Shown here: positions 51,878 through 62,875 of the stretch, piece by piece
Layout of the letters: each line of letters begins with the position of its first letter
Position numbering within the stretch: the first letter of the stretch is position 1
From: Sminthopsis crassicaudata
Taxonomy: Eukaryota
Direction: 5' to 3'
Assembly: GCF_048593235.1 (NCBI RefSeq)
Contig: NC_133619.1
Span: forward strand, 62,572,454 to 62,636,453
DNA: 64,000 bases
The notes under the pieces: generated by a model
What the model was told of the DNA's origin: nothing
Database searches by the model: none
Seen by the model: the letters and a program-made list of their open reading frames with translations, nothing else
Position numbers and translations under genes: made by a program

Positions 51878-51917
51878 CTATCTCTGACGCAGATGTCTGT
51901 GGCCCTGAGCCTTATCG
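51878..51917 (-). promoter_or_regulatory. INHA: INHA proximal promoter composite: GATA - NR5A1/SF-1 - variant CRE - GATA
   Basis: Minus strand reads GATAAG-GC-TCAGGGCCA-CAGACATC-TGCGTCA-G-AGATAG. TCAGGGCCA (51900-51908) and TGCGTCA (51885-51891) are the characterised SF-1 site and atypical CRE of rodent inhibin-alpha promoters. Confidence 0.85.
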
Positions 51918-52748
51918 CCACCCGCGCCTGGAATGTTGGGGGTGGGGTAAGGGGGGATGTCTCGCTCCGATGTCCTAGTCACCCCAGAGAGGCGCCCCCT
52001 CCCCAATTCTGCAGACTTCCCGAGGCCGCCCCGGAGTGTGGCAGGGCCGCGGTGGGGAGCGGGGCTGGAAGATGGACTCTCAGTTCCTAAAAGGGGCTCT
52101 GGCCCCTACCAGAGAGCCATTCAGTCCCTCAGAAAACCTCACCGGCATGGCAGCTGTGGCCCCTCTCAGCCTGCAGCTGCTCCCCCGGCTTGTGGGGAAG
52201 AGCGAGGGGGCGGGGGTGGTCTCTGTGCTCTAAACTTAGCCCGCAGGAGCCAGGCTAGTGTCTTATCATCCAGCTGTGTCATCAGAGATTATTTTTGGGG
52301 CTGGCAGCTGCGGCGTCTGGGACACTCTGGGCCCAAGCAGGGCCACTGGGGACTCAGGCTGGAAGTGCGGGAGGGAGGGGCCCGGTTGTGGGGAGGGGGC
52401 TGTGGGAAGCCCCGTCAGTGCAGCCCAGGCCAAGGCAGTGAGGAGGGCCGGCGGGGCCCTTGTCTGCACAGGCGGCAGGCGGACCTGCTCCCCGGCTTCA
52501 GAGAGAGAGGGAGGCCCCAAAGCAGCCTCCCCTGAGATTCATCTCCGGCTGGGACCAGCGGGTAAGGAGAGAGGGGAGGGTGTGGGAGGGACGGGTGAGG
52601 GGTGGGCCAGCCCCCTGACCGTGGGGGACTGATTCCCACAAGCTAGGGGGGCCTCTGCTGAGCCAGGAATCCCTCCTCCCCCATCCCTCCCTCTCCCCTT
52701 CCCTTCCCCAGACCCCTCTCCCACCCTAGGGTCAGCAGAGCCGCGGCC

Positions 52749-55700
52749 ATGGAAGGGAGAGGCATTCTCGGGGGTGCCCCCCGCTTCCTGCGCTTCCCAC
52801 GACCGCTCCGGGTGGTGAGTGGCGCCGACGCCACCCTGCGGTGCTGCCTCGCGGGCTCGCCCCCGCCCACGGTGCTGTGGGAGAAGGACGGCCGGCCGCT
52901 GGAGGCGTCGGGCCGCCTCAGCTTTCAGACTGCGGGGGCCGAGCACAGCCTTCTGCTGAGAGCGGCTGGGGCCGCGGACGCCGGCGTGTACGTGTGCCGG
53001 GCCCAAAACTCCTGCGGGGAGGCCTACGCCGCCGCAGCCCTGGCCGTGCAAGAGCCCCCGGAGGGCACCCCGGACCCAGGCCGGGAGAGCCCCCCCACCC
53101 CGGCCGAGGCGCCGAGCCCCCCAGACCCAGCTTCCACCTCCCAGCCCTCAGAGCCAGCCCAGACCCGGCCCCCGACACAGGGGCCCCCGGGCGCGCTCCC
53201 AGAGCTCCGGGAAGGGGCCCCCGTGTTCCTGGAAAGGCCGCGGTCCCAGTGGGTGCAGCAGGGTGAGGAGGTGACGCTGGCCTGCCAGATAGGGGGGCGG
53301 CCAGAGCCCGCCGTGCACTGGGAGAAGGACGGCCGGGCCCTGGAGGACATCTGGGAGAGCGGCCATTTCTGGGTGACAGAGGGCCCCGGCGGGGGCCACG
53401 AGCTGCACATCCGGGCCGTCCGCCTGCCCGACGCGGGCGTCTACGTGTGCCACGCGGGGAACGAGCAGGGCCGCGCGCTGGCCGCCGCGCTGCTCCAGGT
53501 CCGGCCCGTCCCCGAGCCCCCCCGGAGCTCTCCCCGGCAGGGCCGCGGGCGCCCGGCGGGGAACGAGGCGCCCGCCCCCAAGAGCTTCTGGGTGAGCGAG
53601 GGCAAGCACGCCAAGTTCCGCTGCTACGTGACCGGGAAGCCGGAGCCCGAGACCGAGTGGCACTGGGAGGGCCGGCCCCTGAGCGCCGGCCGCCGACGCC
53701 TGCTCTACCGGGACCGCGACGGCGGCTTCGTGCTCAAGGTGCTCTACTGCCAGCCCGCCGACTGCGGCCTCTATGTGTGCGCGGCCCGCAACAGCGCCGG
53801 GCACACGCTCAGCGCCGTCCAGCTGCACGTCAGAGGTGCGGCCCGAACGGGGGAGGGGCTGCAGGGCGGGGCCACCGGGGCCCGGCCCCGCCCTCAGGGC
53901 CTTCGTCTGGCGGGGAGACCTGGCTGTCCCCAATGTAGATGTGTGTGACATCCTGTAGGGGGCGCCTCAGCCAGGGGTGGGGGGCATTCTCAGCAGCCCT
54001 TGATTCTGTCTCTCTGTCTCTCTGTCTCTGTCTCTCTGTCTCTCTGTCTCTGTCCCAGAGCCCCGAGTGCGCTTCACGGTGCCCCTAGAGGACGTGGAGG
54101 GAGAGGAGCGAGGGGACGCTGTGCTGGAGTGCCAGGTGCCCTCCCGGGGCATCGCCACCACCTGGTACCGCGAAGACCAGCGGCTGCTGCCCGGGCCCAA
54201 GTACGAGATGGGGGAGGCCGGGGTCGTGCGGCGCCTCGTCATCCACGACTTGGAGGCCGACGATGACGGCATCTACCTGTGCGAGATGCGGGGCCGGGTG
54301 CGCACGGTGGCCGCCGTGGCTGTCCGAGGTCAGCGGGATGGGGGATGGGCGGGGCGGGGGGGGGGGACAGACAGGGGGGGCGGACTCGGGGCTGGGGGGG
54401 ACAGACAAGGAGGGGACAGACAGGGCGGGGGGGGGCAGACTCGGGGCTGGGGGGACAGACAGGGGGGGCGGACTCGGGGCTGGGGGGGACAGACAAGGAG
54501 GGGACAGACAGGGCGGGGGGGGGCAGACTCGGGGCTGGGGGGACAGACAGGGGGGGCGGACTCGGGGCTGGGGGGGACAGACAAGGAGGGGACAGACAGG
54601 GCGGGGGGGGGCAGACTCGGGGCTGGGGGGACAGACAGGGAGGGCGGACTCGGGGCTGGGGGGGACAGACAAGGAGGGGACAGACAGGGCGGGGGGGGGG
54701 CGGACTCGGGGCTGGGGGGGACAGACAAGGAGGGGACAGACAGGGCGGGGGGGGGGCGGACTCGGGGCTGGGGGGGACAGACAAGGGGGGGACAGACAAG
54801 GAGGGGACAGACAGGGCGGGGGGGGGGGCGGACGGGGCTGGGGGGGACAGACAAGGAGGGGACAGACAGGGCGGGGGGGGGGCGGACTCGGGGCTGGGGG
54901 GGACAGACAAGGAGGGGACAGACAGGGCGGGGGGGGGGGGCGGACTCGGGGCTGGGGGGACAGACAAGGGGGGGACAGACAGGGCGAGGGGGGCGGACTC
55001 GGGGCTGGGGGGACAGACAGGGCGGGGGGGGGGGGCGGACTCGGGGCTGGGGGGGACAGACAAGGGGGGGACAGGGCGGGGGGGGGGGCGGACTCGGGGC
55101 TGGGGGGGACAGACAAGGAGGGGACAGACAGGGGGGGGGGGCAGACTCGGGGCTGGGGGGACAGACAAGGGGGGGCGGACTCGGGGCTGGGGGGGACAGA
55201 CAAGGAGGGGACAGACAGGGCGGGGGGGGGGGCGGACTCGGGGCTGGGGGGGACAGACAGGGGGGGCGGACTCGGCTCAGCTGCCCGCGCCCACCCCCCC
55301 CTTGCTCCCGTGTCCCAGGGCCCATCACCAGGCGGCTCCCCAGGAAGCTGGACGTGCTGGAGGGAGAGAACGCCGTGCTGTCGGTAGAGGTTCGAGAGAG
55401 CGGGGCCCTCGGGCACTGGACTTGGGACGGCAGGGACTTGCCGGCCTCGCCCCGGATCATCCAAACCAGTTCCAGCCGCACACACAGCCTGGTGCTGGTG
55501 GGGGTCACCCGCCAGGACGCCGGTGTGGTCACCTTCAGCCTGGGCTCCTCCCACACCTCCTCCAGGCTGAGGGTCAAATGTAAGGATGGGCAAGGCCAAG
55601 GGATGAGGGCTTGGAGAACTGGGGAGGAGGGTGAGAGGGAGGGGAGGAGGGTGAGAGGGAGGGGAGGAGGGTGAGAGGGAGGGGAGGAGGGTGAGAGGGA

Positions 55701-58700
55701 AGGGAGGAGGGTGAGAGGGAGGGGAAGAGGGTGAGAGGGAGGGGAGGAGGGTGAGAGGGAGGGGAGGAGGGTGAGAGGGAGGGGAGGAGGGTGAGAGGCC
55801 TGAGGGGAGCCAGTGGGCTGGAGCAGTGCCAGAAGGAGACAGCAAAGGGAGCTATCAGAAGGCAGGGGAGGGCAGGAGAGAGAGCCGGAGGGCACGGGTC
55901 TGGCAGGCTGGAGCTCCAGGGGAAGCAGGGAAGCGCTCGGGTGGGTCGGGAGGCAGTCACTGAGAAGGCGCTGGGACCTGACACATTTACATTAGGTGTG
56001 AAACAAGTGCCCCCCGGACCCCCCGGTGGCAGTCGAGCTGGGTACAGGGTGCAGCAACACAGCCCCTGCTCAGCTGGAAACCCCCCATGCCGGCCCCTGA
56101 CACGGCCATCACCTACCGGCTGGAACGGCAAGAGGTGGGCACGGACGCCTGGGTACAGTGCCTCACCACGGAGGCAGCGGGGGCCGTGGAGGTGCCAGGA
56201 GACAGCGTGCCCAGCGAGGGCGACTACCGCTTCCGCCTGGCGGTGGTCAGTGAGCACGGCCAGAGCCCCCACGTCCTGTTTCCCGGCTCGGTGCACCTGG
56301 GTGAGTCCCCGCGGTCTCGCTGCGCTCCCCTGCCGTCCCCCTGCTCCATCCTCATGCTCAGACTGCCCCTGCTGTGCCCGGGCCCACGCCCCCTCTGACC
56401 ATGACTGCCCCTTCCTTCCCAGTGCCCACAGCTCGGGTGCTAAGGGGCCTGCAGGATGTACGCGTCCAAGAAGGGGACGACGCCGCCTTCTCCCTCGAAC
56501 TCTCCGCCTCGGTGCGCGGCGCCTGGTTCCTGAACGGGGCAGAGCTGCAGGCGCCAGAGAGCGGGCGCAGGGAGGAAGCCCGGGGGTACCGGGTGCAGCG
56601 AGAAGGCCCCAAGCACCGGCTGCTGCTGCAGGCCCGGAGGCTCCAGGACAGCGGGGCCCTCATCACCTTCCTGTGCCCCGGTGTACACGTCTCTGCCACG
56701 CTTCACGTGCAAGGTGGGAATGGCCAGTGGAGGGCCCCTGAGCTGCGGGGCTCGGGCAGGCGGAGAGAATTCGGAGGCCCCGGACTGGCCTCTCAGTGCT
56801 GTGCCAGGGAGCAGGGGTCGGAGCTGTCCGGGTGTCACTTTTCAGATCTGTCACACGGAGGGGCGGGAGCACATGGCCCTGAGCTCCCTCCGGCTCAAAA
56901 TCAGTGTTCCCGGGAAATAATCGTCCCAATAGCTCCCAATTCACAAAATGCTTTCCTTACAACAGGCCTTAGTTTTGGGGATAGTCCCCTCCTCAGCTTA
57001 CTGAGGCCAGGATCACAAGGCTAGTGTCTGGCTCAGGATTCGAACTGACCCCCGCTGACCCAAGTCCGGCATGCCCTCCCCATGGCTACAGCAACACTGC
57101 CCTTCCAGTGGGAAAGGTGTTATAATGGGGGTGTCTGAAGCTGCGTGACCACTCCAGGGAGGGAGGGAGATGGTCCAAGCAGAGCAAGAAGCTCTGTCTG
57201 CCCACCTCAGCGAGGGGCAGGACACAGGGACCAGGCCCGACAGCTCAGGACTTGCCCTCAGCCGCTTTCTCCCAAAGGACGGGAAAGCTTTTTATAAAAC
57301 TCGGCCTCCATCTGCAGGAGGCCTGTACTCAAGCTCCCAGCCTGTAAGTGTGGCACTGGGACGGGCACAGAGCCCTGAACCAGCAGCTTTAGGGGCTGAC
57401 AAGTAAAGGCCCAGTATAGAGTAGAAAAGGAAAGTTACCTTCTCGTGTGGCCGGTTCTGCTCAGGCCCGATTCCAGCCTGTCCTGTCCTGTGGCAATGGT
57501 GGGTCTTAAACCTGCCCAGTCTCCTTGGCCTTGGATACCAAGGCAAAAACAAGGAACAAAAGAGCGCGGCCCTCAAGCCTCAAGGCCTCAGCAAATTGGA
57601 GTGAATTCTCATTTCCTCTGCATTTCTGTATCTATACCAGGAAACCCAGCTTACCCAGGGGGTCAGGTTGGAGCCCAAATTATCTGAAGGTCCCATTTAT
57701 TCTAACCAACTTTAAAGTCACTGGGAGAGATAGAAACAGAGACAGAGAGACAGAGATGGAGAGAGAGATAGAAACAGAGATAGAGAGACAGAGGCAGAGA
57801 GACAAAAGGAGAGAGAGGTGAGAGTGCTGCCCTCCCCCATCCCTGAATGCCCTGCTCTGGAACTTACATCACTGCCTAAGTCTCAGTCCAGTGGAGGCTA
57901 ATGATTTTCACTGTGGCAATGTGCCTGAATTCAGCAACTCATTAATTATAGAGGCTATTATATGTTATCAGGCTTCAGTATTTCCAGGAGTGAGCGCTAG
58001 GATCAATGTTGGAGTTCCATTCAATAATACAGATTGTAATCCATCCATACCTTCATTCTCATTCTGGTAGACTCCTATCTATGCCCTCCCAGAAATCCTA
58101 CCTGGGGTGAAGGGGGGACTCGGCGTAAGTGAGAGCCTTGGGTCCCCTAATGTAGATTGACTGTACTGAGGTGGCTGTCCTTGGGTTGTCTTTCCTTCTG
58201 ACCGCCCACCCCCTTTTTCTGTCGTGCAGGTCGTCGATGGTATGGTTTAGGCTGCTTCTGACACACACGATTCACCATAGGTTCTGTGTGCAGCCCACTG
58301 ACACCCACCTCGTACACCCTCTCCCCATCACCCTTTTGTTGACCCACATTTTTGATTCCTCAGAGTGTGAATCATTCTATGACTCACTGCCATATGGCTT
58401 CCCCAAAAGGAGGTTGGAGTTTAAAAGATGAGACTCTGTTGCAAACAGAACCTTGGGGTTGTTGAAAATGCTGTGCAGTTTCCCCAAAGTTCGCCCACTG
58501 TGTTTGTCCCATTCGGTTGGCCCAGCTCTCTATCCATCTGCAGGCCCGACCAAGATGGCTATGATAGTGATGAACCCACTCAATGGCCATCCAACCTCAT
58601 AACAGAATTTGGATAATAAGACAATTTTCTTTCAGTGGGGTCACACTCAAAAAAGAAAGAGCTCCCTGCTGGCCACATGCTGACTTGGAAAATCACAAAT

Positions 58701-61700
58701 TAAATATTATCTATTGTTTTATTTTATTTTTATTCATCTTTGATCCGGTTCAGGCTGCACTGGGAACTTTTGATGGGTTACATATGTATGGTATAAGTGT
58801 GACACCTCTGGTCTAGACAATTACATATTATGATTCCTACTTATAGGTAGGCAGCCTGTGGTTCAGTGGATAGGGTGTGGATTTAAAATCAGGAAGAATC
58901 ATTTTCATGAGTTCAAATCTGGCCTCAACTGCTTCTTAGCTATGTGACCCTGAACAAGTCATTTAATCCATTTGCCTCAGTTTCCTTAGCTGTAAAATGA
59001 ACTAGAGAGGGAAAGAATAGACCAGTCTAGTATCTTTACAAGAAAACCTTAAGAGGTCACAAAGAGTGAGACAAGACTGAAAAATGACTGAATGAACAGC
59101 AATGACAAACTTATACATTAGAAAATTGTATTTGTATGTAGTTAGTTATATTTGGTCTAACAGTACATTAAAATTTACTTATTGGGACTTCTAACCAAAG
59201 AGAGAAGGTCATCAGAGTGGTATGGGTAGGTGGTACATTCACTTGGTAACATAAGGCAGGCAGGGTGAAACCTAATAAAATGGCCCGTCACTTCAGGTGG
59301 GGAGGTCCCATAGGATGCCTATCGGGTAATCCAGCTTTGCATCTGTGACTGCCATTATGACTGTGTTTGTATCTATATGTGTATGTGTGCCTTTCCTCTG
59401 CAGAGCCCCCTGTGAGGATTGTGCACCCTCAAGAAAAGGTTTCCGTCGAGGCCATGAGCCCAGAACAGGTAGTGCTCACCTGTGAGCTGTCCCGAGCCGG
59501 AGCACCTGTGCATTGGTACAAAGATGGAGTAGAAGTAGAAGAAAACAGCGCCTTTGTGCTGAAGAATGAGGGCTTCCAGTGCCACCTTGTGATCCTTGCT
59601 GCCCAGCCCCAGCACGGGGGCGAGTTTGTGTGCAAAGCAGAGGATGACTTGGCTTTCTTTATGGTCACCATCAAAGGTGAGGGCCCAACTGGGCTGGTTT
59701 CTGAGCAAGAGGGCTGTAGTCTCGGGGTCCCAGGCTAGGTAAAGTAGGAGCAACCTCCTAGCCTGCTCAGCACAAGGGTCCCTTTTGGAAGGTCTTACTG
59801 AAGGTACATGTTGTCAGCCCATCCTCTGCCCAGTCCATCTCTCACCACCCATACCCGTCAAGCTTCTGGAAGCTTGACAGAGGAGAGTGAGGCAGGAAGG
59901 ATTGGGAAACAAAACAACTTCACATCCTTTCACTATTGCACACTAACACAAAGAATCCTAAAATCACAGAAGTTGAAGGAATCTTGGAAGTATCTCCCAT
60001 GCAAGGGTCCCCTTCACAACACATCTGATGGATGGTAGTCATCCAGAATTTCTTTGACTCTCTAAAGGAGAACTCATCATTTAATAAGGAACTATTTCAC
60101 TGAACAGCCAACTCAACAAATATCTATTCCTAACTTCACCCGTTCATGATCTTTTGCCCCAATTTTACTTTCTTCACAACATCCCTTTTACTGTTGAGAG
60201 CTTCACTCAGTTTCCTAGTCATCCATGCTCAACACAAGCTCAGTACCATCCCTGACTTACCCCACACAGCCAATCTGCTTTCAAACTCTGTCATTTTTAC
60301 CTTCATTATCTCAGTCACATATATCATCTTCTCTCCACTCATACTGACCATCCACTCTTGCTTGCAATATTGTCTTGTCTTTCAATATTACAGGAGATTG
60401 TTACTGCCTCCTAAATCACGGTTCCTGCCCCAAGTCTTTCCCCACTGCCACGTATCCTCAACTGAGCTACCAAACTGATTTTCCCATAGGACAGGTCTGA
60501 CCTTATCATACCCCTATTCACTAAACTCTAGAGGCCCTTTCTTGCTTTTAGAATCAAATATAAAGTCACTTTTAGCCTTTAAAGTCCCTTGCTAATGGTC
60601 CCTCCCTACCTTTCAAGCCTTCTTGCACTTCCCAGTCCTTCATACACTCTTTGATCAATCTACACTGGCTTGTTTACTGATTCTTACACAGGACTCTTTC
60701 TCCCAACTTAGTATATTTCCCACCATGCCCCTCCTCCTCATCTGTATCTCTCTGGCTTCCTTCAGGACCAATTTAAGTCACACATGCTATAGAAGTCCTC
60801 CCCTGGTTCCTATCACTGCTAGATCCTTTCTCTTCGATGGCTTTCTATCTATATTGTACATATTTTGATTATATCTTGTCATTTGCCTTTTGTCTCCCCC
60901 CCTTAGAATATGAGTCCTAGCATGGTGGTTTTTTAATTCCCATCACTCAGCACAATGTTTTGCACATAATAAGCCCTTAATAATGCTTGTTATTTGATTT
61001 ATTCTTCAGAACACTGTGCTAAATCCCAAAGCATATAAAAGGGAAGAAAGAAAAGTAGCTGCCCTTATAAAACTTACAGCACTATGGACAAGAAGACTGA
61101 CTATTACAAATGCACTTCTTATTATCTGGCCCAAATCTATCTATCTCTACATTCTACCAGTGTGACTATAGGCACGCCACTTCTATTGTCCTCAGTTTCC
61201 CTCATATGAAAAATGAGAGGGTTGGACTAGAATTCAAAGTTTTTTAAACTGTGGGTTACAACCCCACACAGGGTTGCATAAGTGCATGTGGCAGTCATGA
61301 ATTTATGATTTATTATCAGCAAATGCTTTATTTGCATGTCTATTTTATATACCTATATAACTAGAATAGTATAAAACTTTCTCAGGCAAAAAGGGGTTAC
61401 GAATGGAAAAAAATTTTAAGAACACCTGGACTAGATTATCTTCAAGAATCCTTCTAGCTTTAAACCCTTTGGTCTTATGGTATAGAGAGACTCCAGAGAA
61501 CCAAACAGCTTTTACAAAGATATCTGATAGTTACTGTGCCCCATGAACTCTATCCTATCCCTGAATTTTCTGTGCCACAAACTCATTCTAGAAACTCCAC
61601 TCTCTGGGCAGATAAACAAACACATTCCCTTCCCTCTCAACAATGTATTTATTTGCTCTTGTGGTCTCCATCTCCTCCAAACTCTGGCCTGGTCTTCACC

Positions 61701-62875
61701 TTCCAAATCCTGCATTTTTGTTCTGACCTATTGGTTCCTTGCAGTGGCCCCTACTGATCACCTGTGGTCAAAGGGGAAGGGATTCCAAGTGGGCTCTTAA
61801 TTACCATCACTAATGTAGTTTGCTTTCAACTGTAGGTGAAATGAGCAGATTCTGGTACGGATGATATCTCTCCCAATGAGCTACATTTGGGATTCAGTTC
61901 TGATTGTTAATATGTCCTAGAACTGACTCATCTTGTTTGTCACTGAATTAATTTCACCTTGAGGAAGTTCAAAGTACTTAACTCCTAGTTAACAGTCTTC
62001 AGTACTAAAAAAGATAAACACTTAGACTTGGCCTTTGTAAGGGAGAACAAGGACAGAGCTGAAAATCTACTGAAAGACACAAAATGGCTGTACCTACATA
62101 CCCAGACCTCAGGAGCTGCGAGGAAGGGAAAGGGGGAAATAATCATTTTATCTATATTGAAAAGTCAGAAGCAAAATCTCCATACCTTGCATCAAGCTAA
62201 ATGTTTAAATTTGAGGGACAGACTTACCTGGCCATACCCCAACAAAAGCTACCCTTGGCCCAGAATTATATCTCTGTATTTCAGTCTTGGAACTATCTCT
62301 TAAAGACTACCTCTATGGCTCATGTTCCTAGCCAGGAATTTGTGTGCAAACCCAAGATAACATGGTCTCAAACATATTTCATAGGGGCTTCAAATCAGTC
62401 TAAATTTGTAGTTTCCCTCCTCCACCCTTTCCCATACCTGTCAGAGGACAGTGCCATGGGGTCAGTACTCCAAACTCCAGGTCTCCATCCACAGTCAAGT
62501 ATATTTGTGACCACGTTAATGAGTGTTTACAAAAGAATATAACCCTAAGTCTCCATGTGATGACGGTATATATCTGAAAGGTTTTACTGTTCCCCACTGC
62601 AGAGCCCCCTGTGAGGATCATCTTCCCTCAGGACAACGTGTCCGTGGCTGCCGAGAGCTCAGAACAGGTGGTTTTGAGATGCGAGCTATCCCGGGCTGGA
62701 GTCCCCGTGCACTGGTACAAGGACGGAGTGGTGGTGAAGGAGAATGAAAACGTTGTACTGAAGAACGAGGGCCCCCATTGCCACCTGATCCTGCCTGCAG
62801 CCCAGCCCCAGGACGAGGGCAAGTTTGTGTGCAAGGCAGGTGACAACCTGGCTGTCTTCAACGTCACTGTCACAG
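52749..62875 (+). CDS. OBSL1: Obscurin-like protein 1 (Ig/Fn3 cytoskeletal adaptor), first 7 exons; partial, with an apparent frameshift in exon 4
   Basis: Kozak GCCATGG at 52749. Exons 52749-53835 (three I-set Ig: FLRFPRP..VVSGA, FWVSEGKHAKFRCYVTGKPEPE), 54059-54328, 55319-55579 (LPRKLDVLEGENAVL), 55996-56300 (Fn3; 305 nt, 2 extra C), 56423-56713, 59404-59676 and 62603-62875 (273-nt Ig exons). All junctions are phase 1 GT-AG. Confidence 0.95.
53952..53965 (+). promoter_or_regulatory. Candidate CTCF motif in OBSL1 intron 1 (a second candidate lies at 40193-40206)
   Basis: CCTGTAGGGGGCGC and CCTGCAGGGGGCGT fit the CTCF core with one mismatch. Motif only. Confidence 0.3.
54352..55275. repeat. 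G-rich minisatellite (~18-19 units of 33-56 bp) filling OBSL1 intron 2
   Basis: Unit ggggggacagaca(aggaggggacagaca)gggcggggggggcggactcggggctg with variable G-run lengths. It has no stop codons, which explains the long GG/PP ORFs. Confidence 0.95.
55621..55798. repeat. 20-bp tandem repeat x9 (GGGGAGGAGGGTGAGAGGGA) in OBSL1 intron 3
   Basis: Nine nearly perfect copies, an almost pure purine strand. Confidence 0.95.
58000..58660 (-). mobile_element. RTE-clade LINE (RTE_Mars-like) 3' fragment in OBSL1 intron 5
   Basis: Minus-strand translation with breaks: LG..QMDRELG..GKLHSIFNNPK..HLLNSNLL..YGSES*N..SEESKMWV..HDRKRGWA..DNPRTA. This matches the post-RT region of RTE ORFs. Confidence 0.75.
60280..60995 (+). 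mobile_element. L2 LINE 3' portion
   Basis: Pyrimidine-rich L2 3' tract (aggtctgaccttatca; tagaatcaaatataaa; cactggcttgttt.ctgattct) ending in the agcacaatg..ttaataatgcttgtt tail. Confidence 0.65.
61233..61428. mobile_element. Non-autonomous hAT/Charlie-type DNA transposon inserted in a MIR3 tail
   Basis: Decayed inverted ends (..tttttaaactgtggg / ..ttttaagaacacctg) flanked by an 8-bp repeat gactagaa (61225-61232) / gactagat (61429-61436), containing the CTAGA target preference of Charlie elements. Confidence 0.5.

Noticed and set aside
54067-55895. Several 300-590 aa ORFs on both strands (GGQTRGWG.. / PPCLSPP..)
   Set aside because: They are translations of the stop-free G-rich minisatellite and the 20-bp repeat, not genes. 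The repeats have no unique spacers, so they are not CRISPR.
62330-62540. EFVCK- and KYICD-like peptides just before OBSL1 exon 7, as possible decayed Ig exons
   Set aside because: The matches are only 4-5 residues, with no WYKDG or LxCE motif or splice sites at the right spacing.
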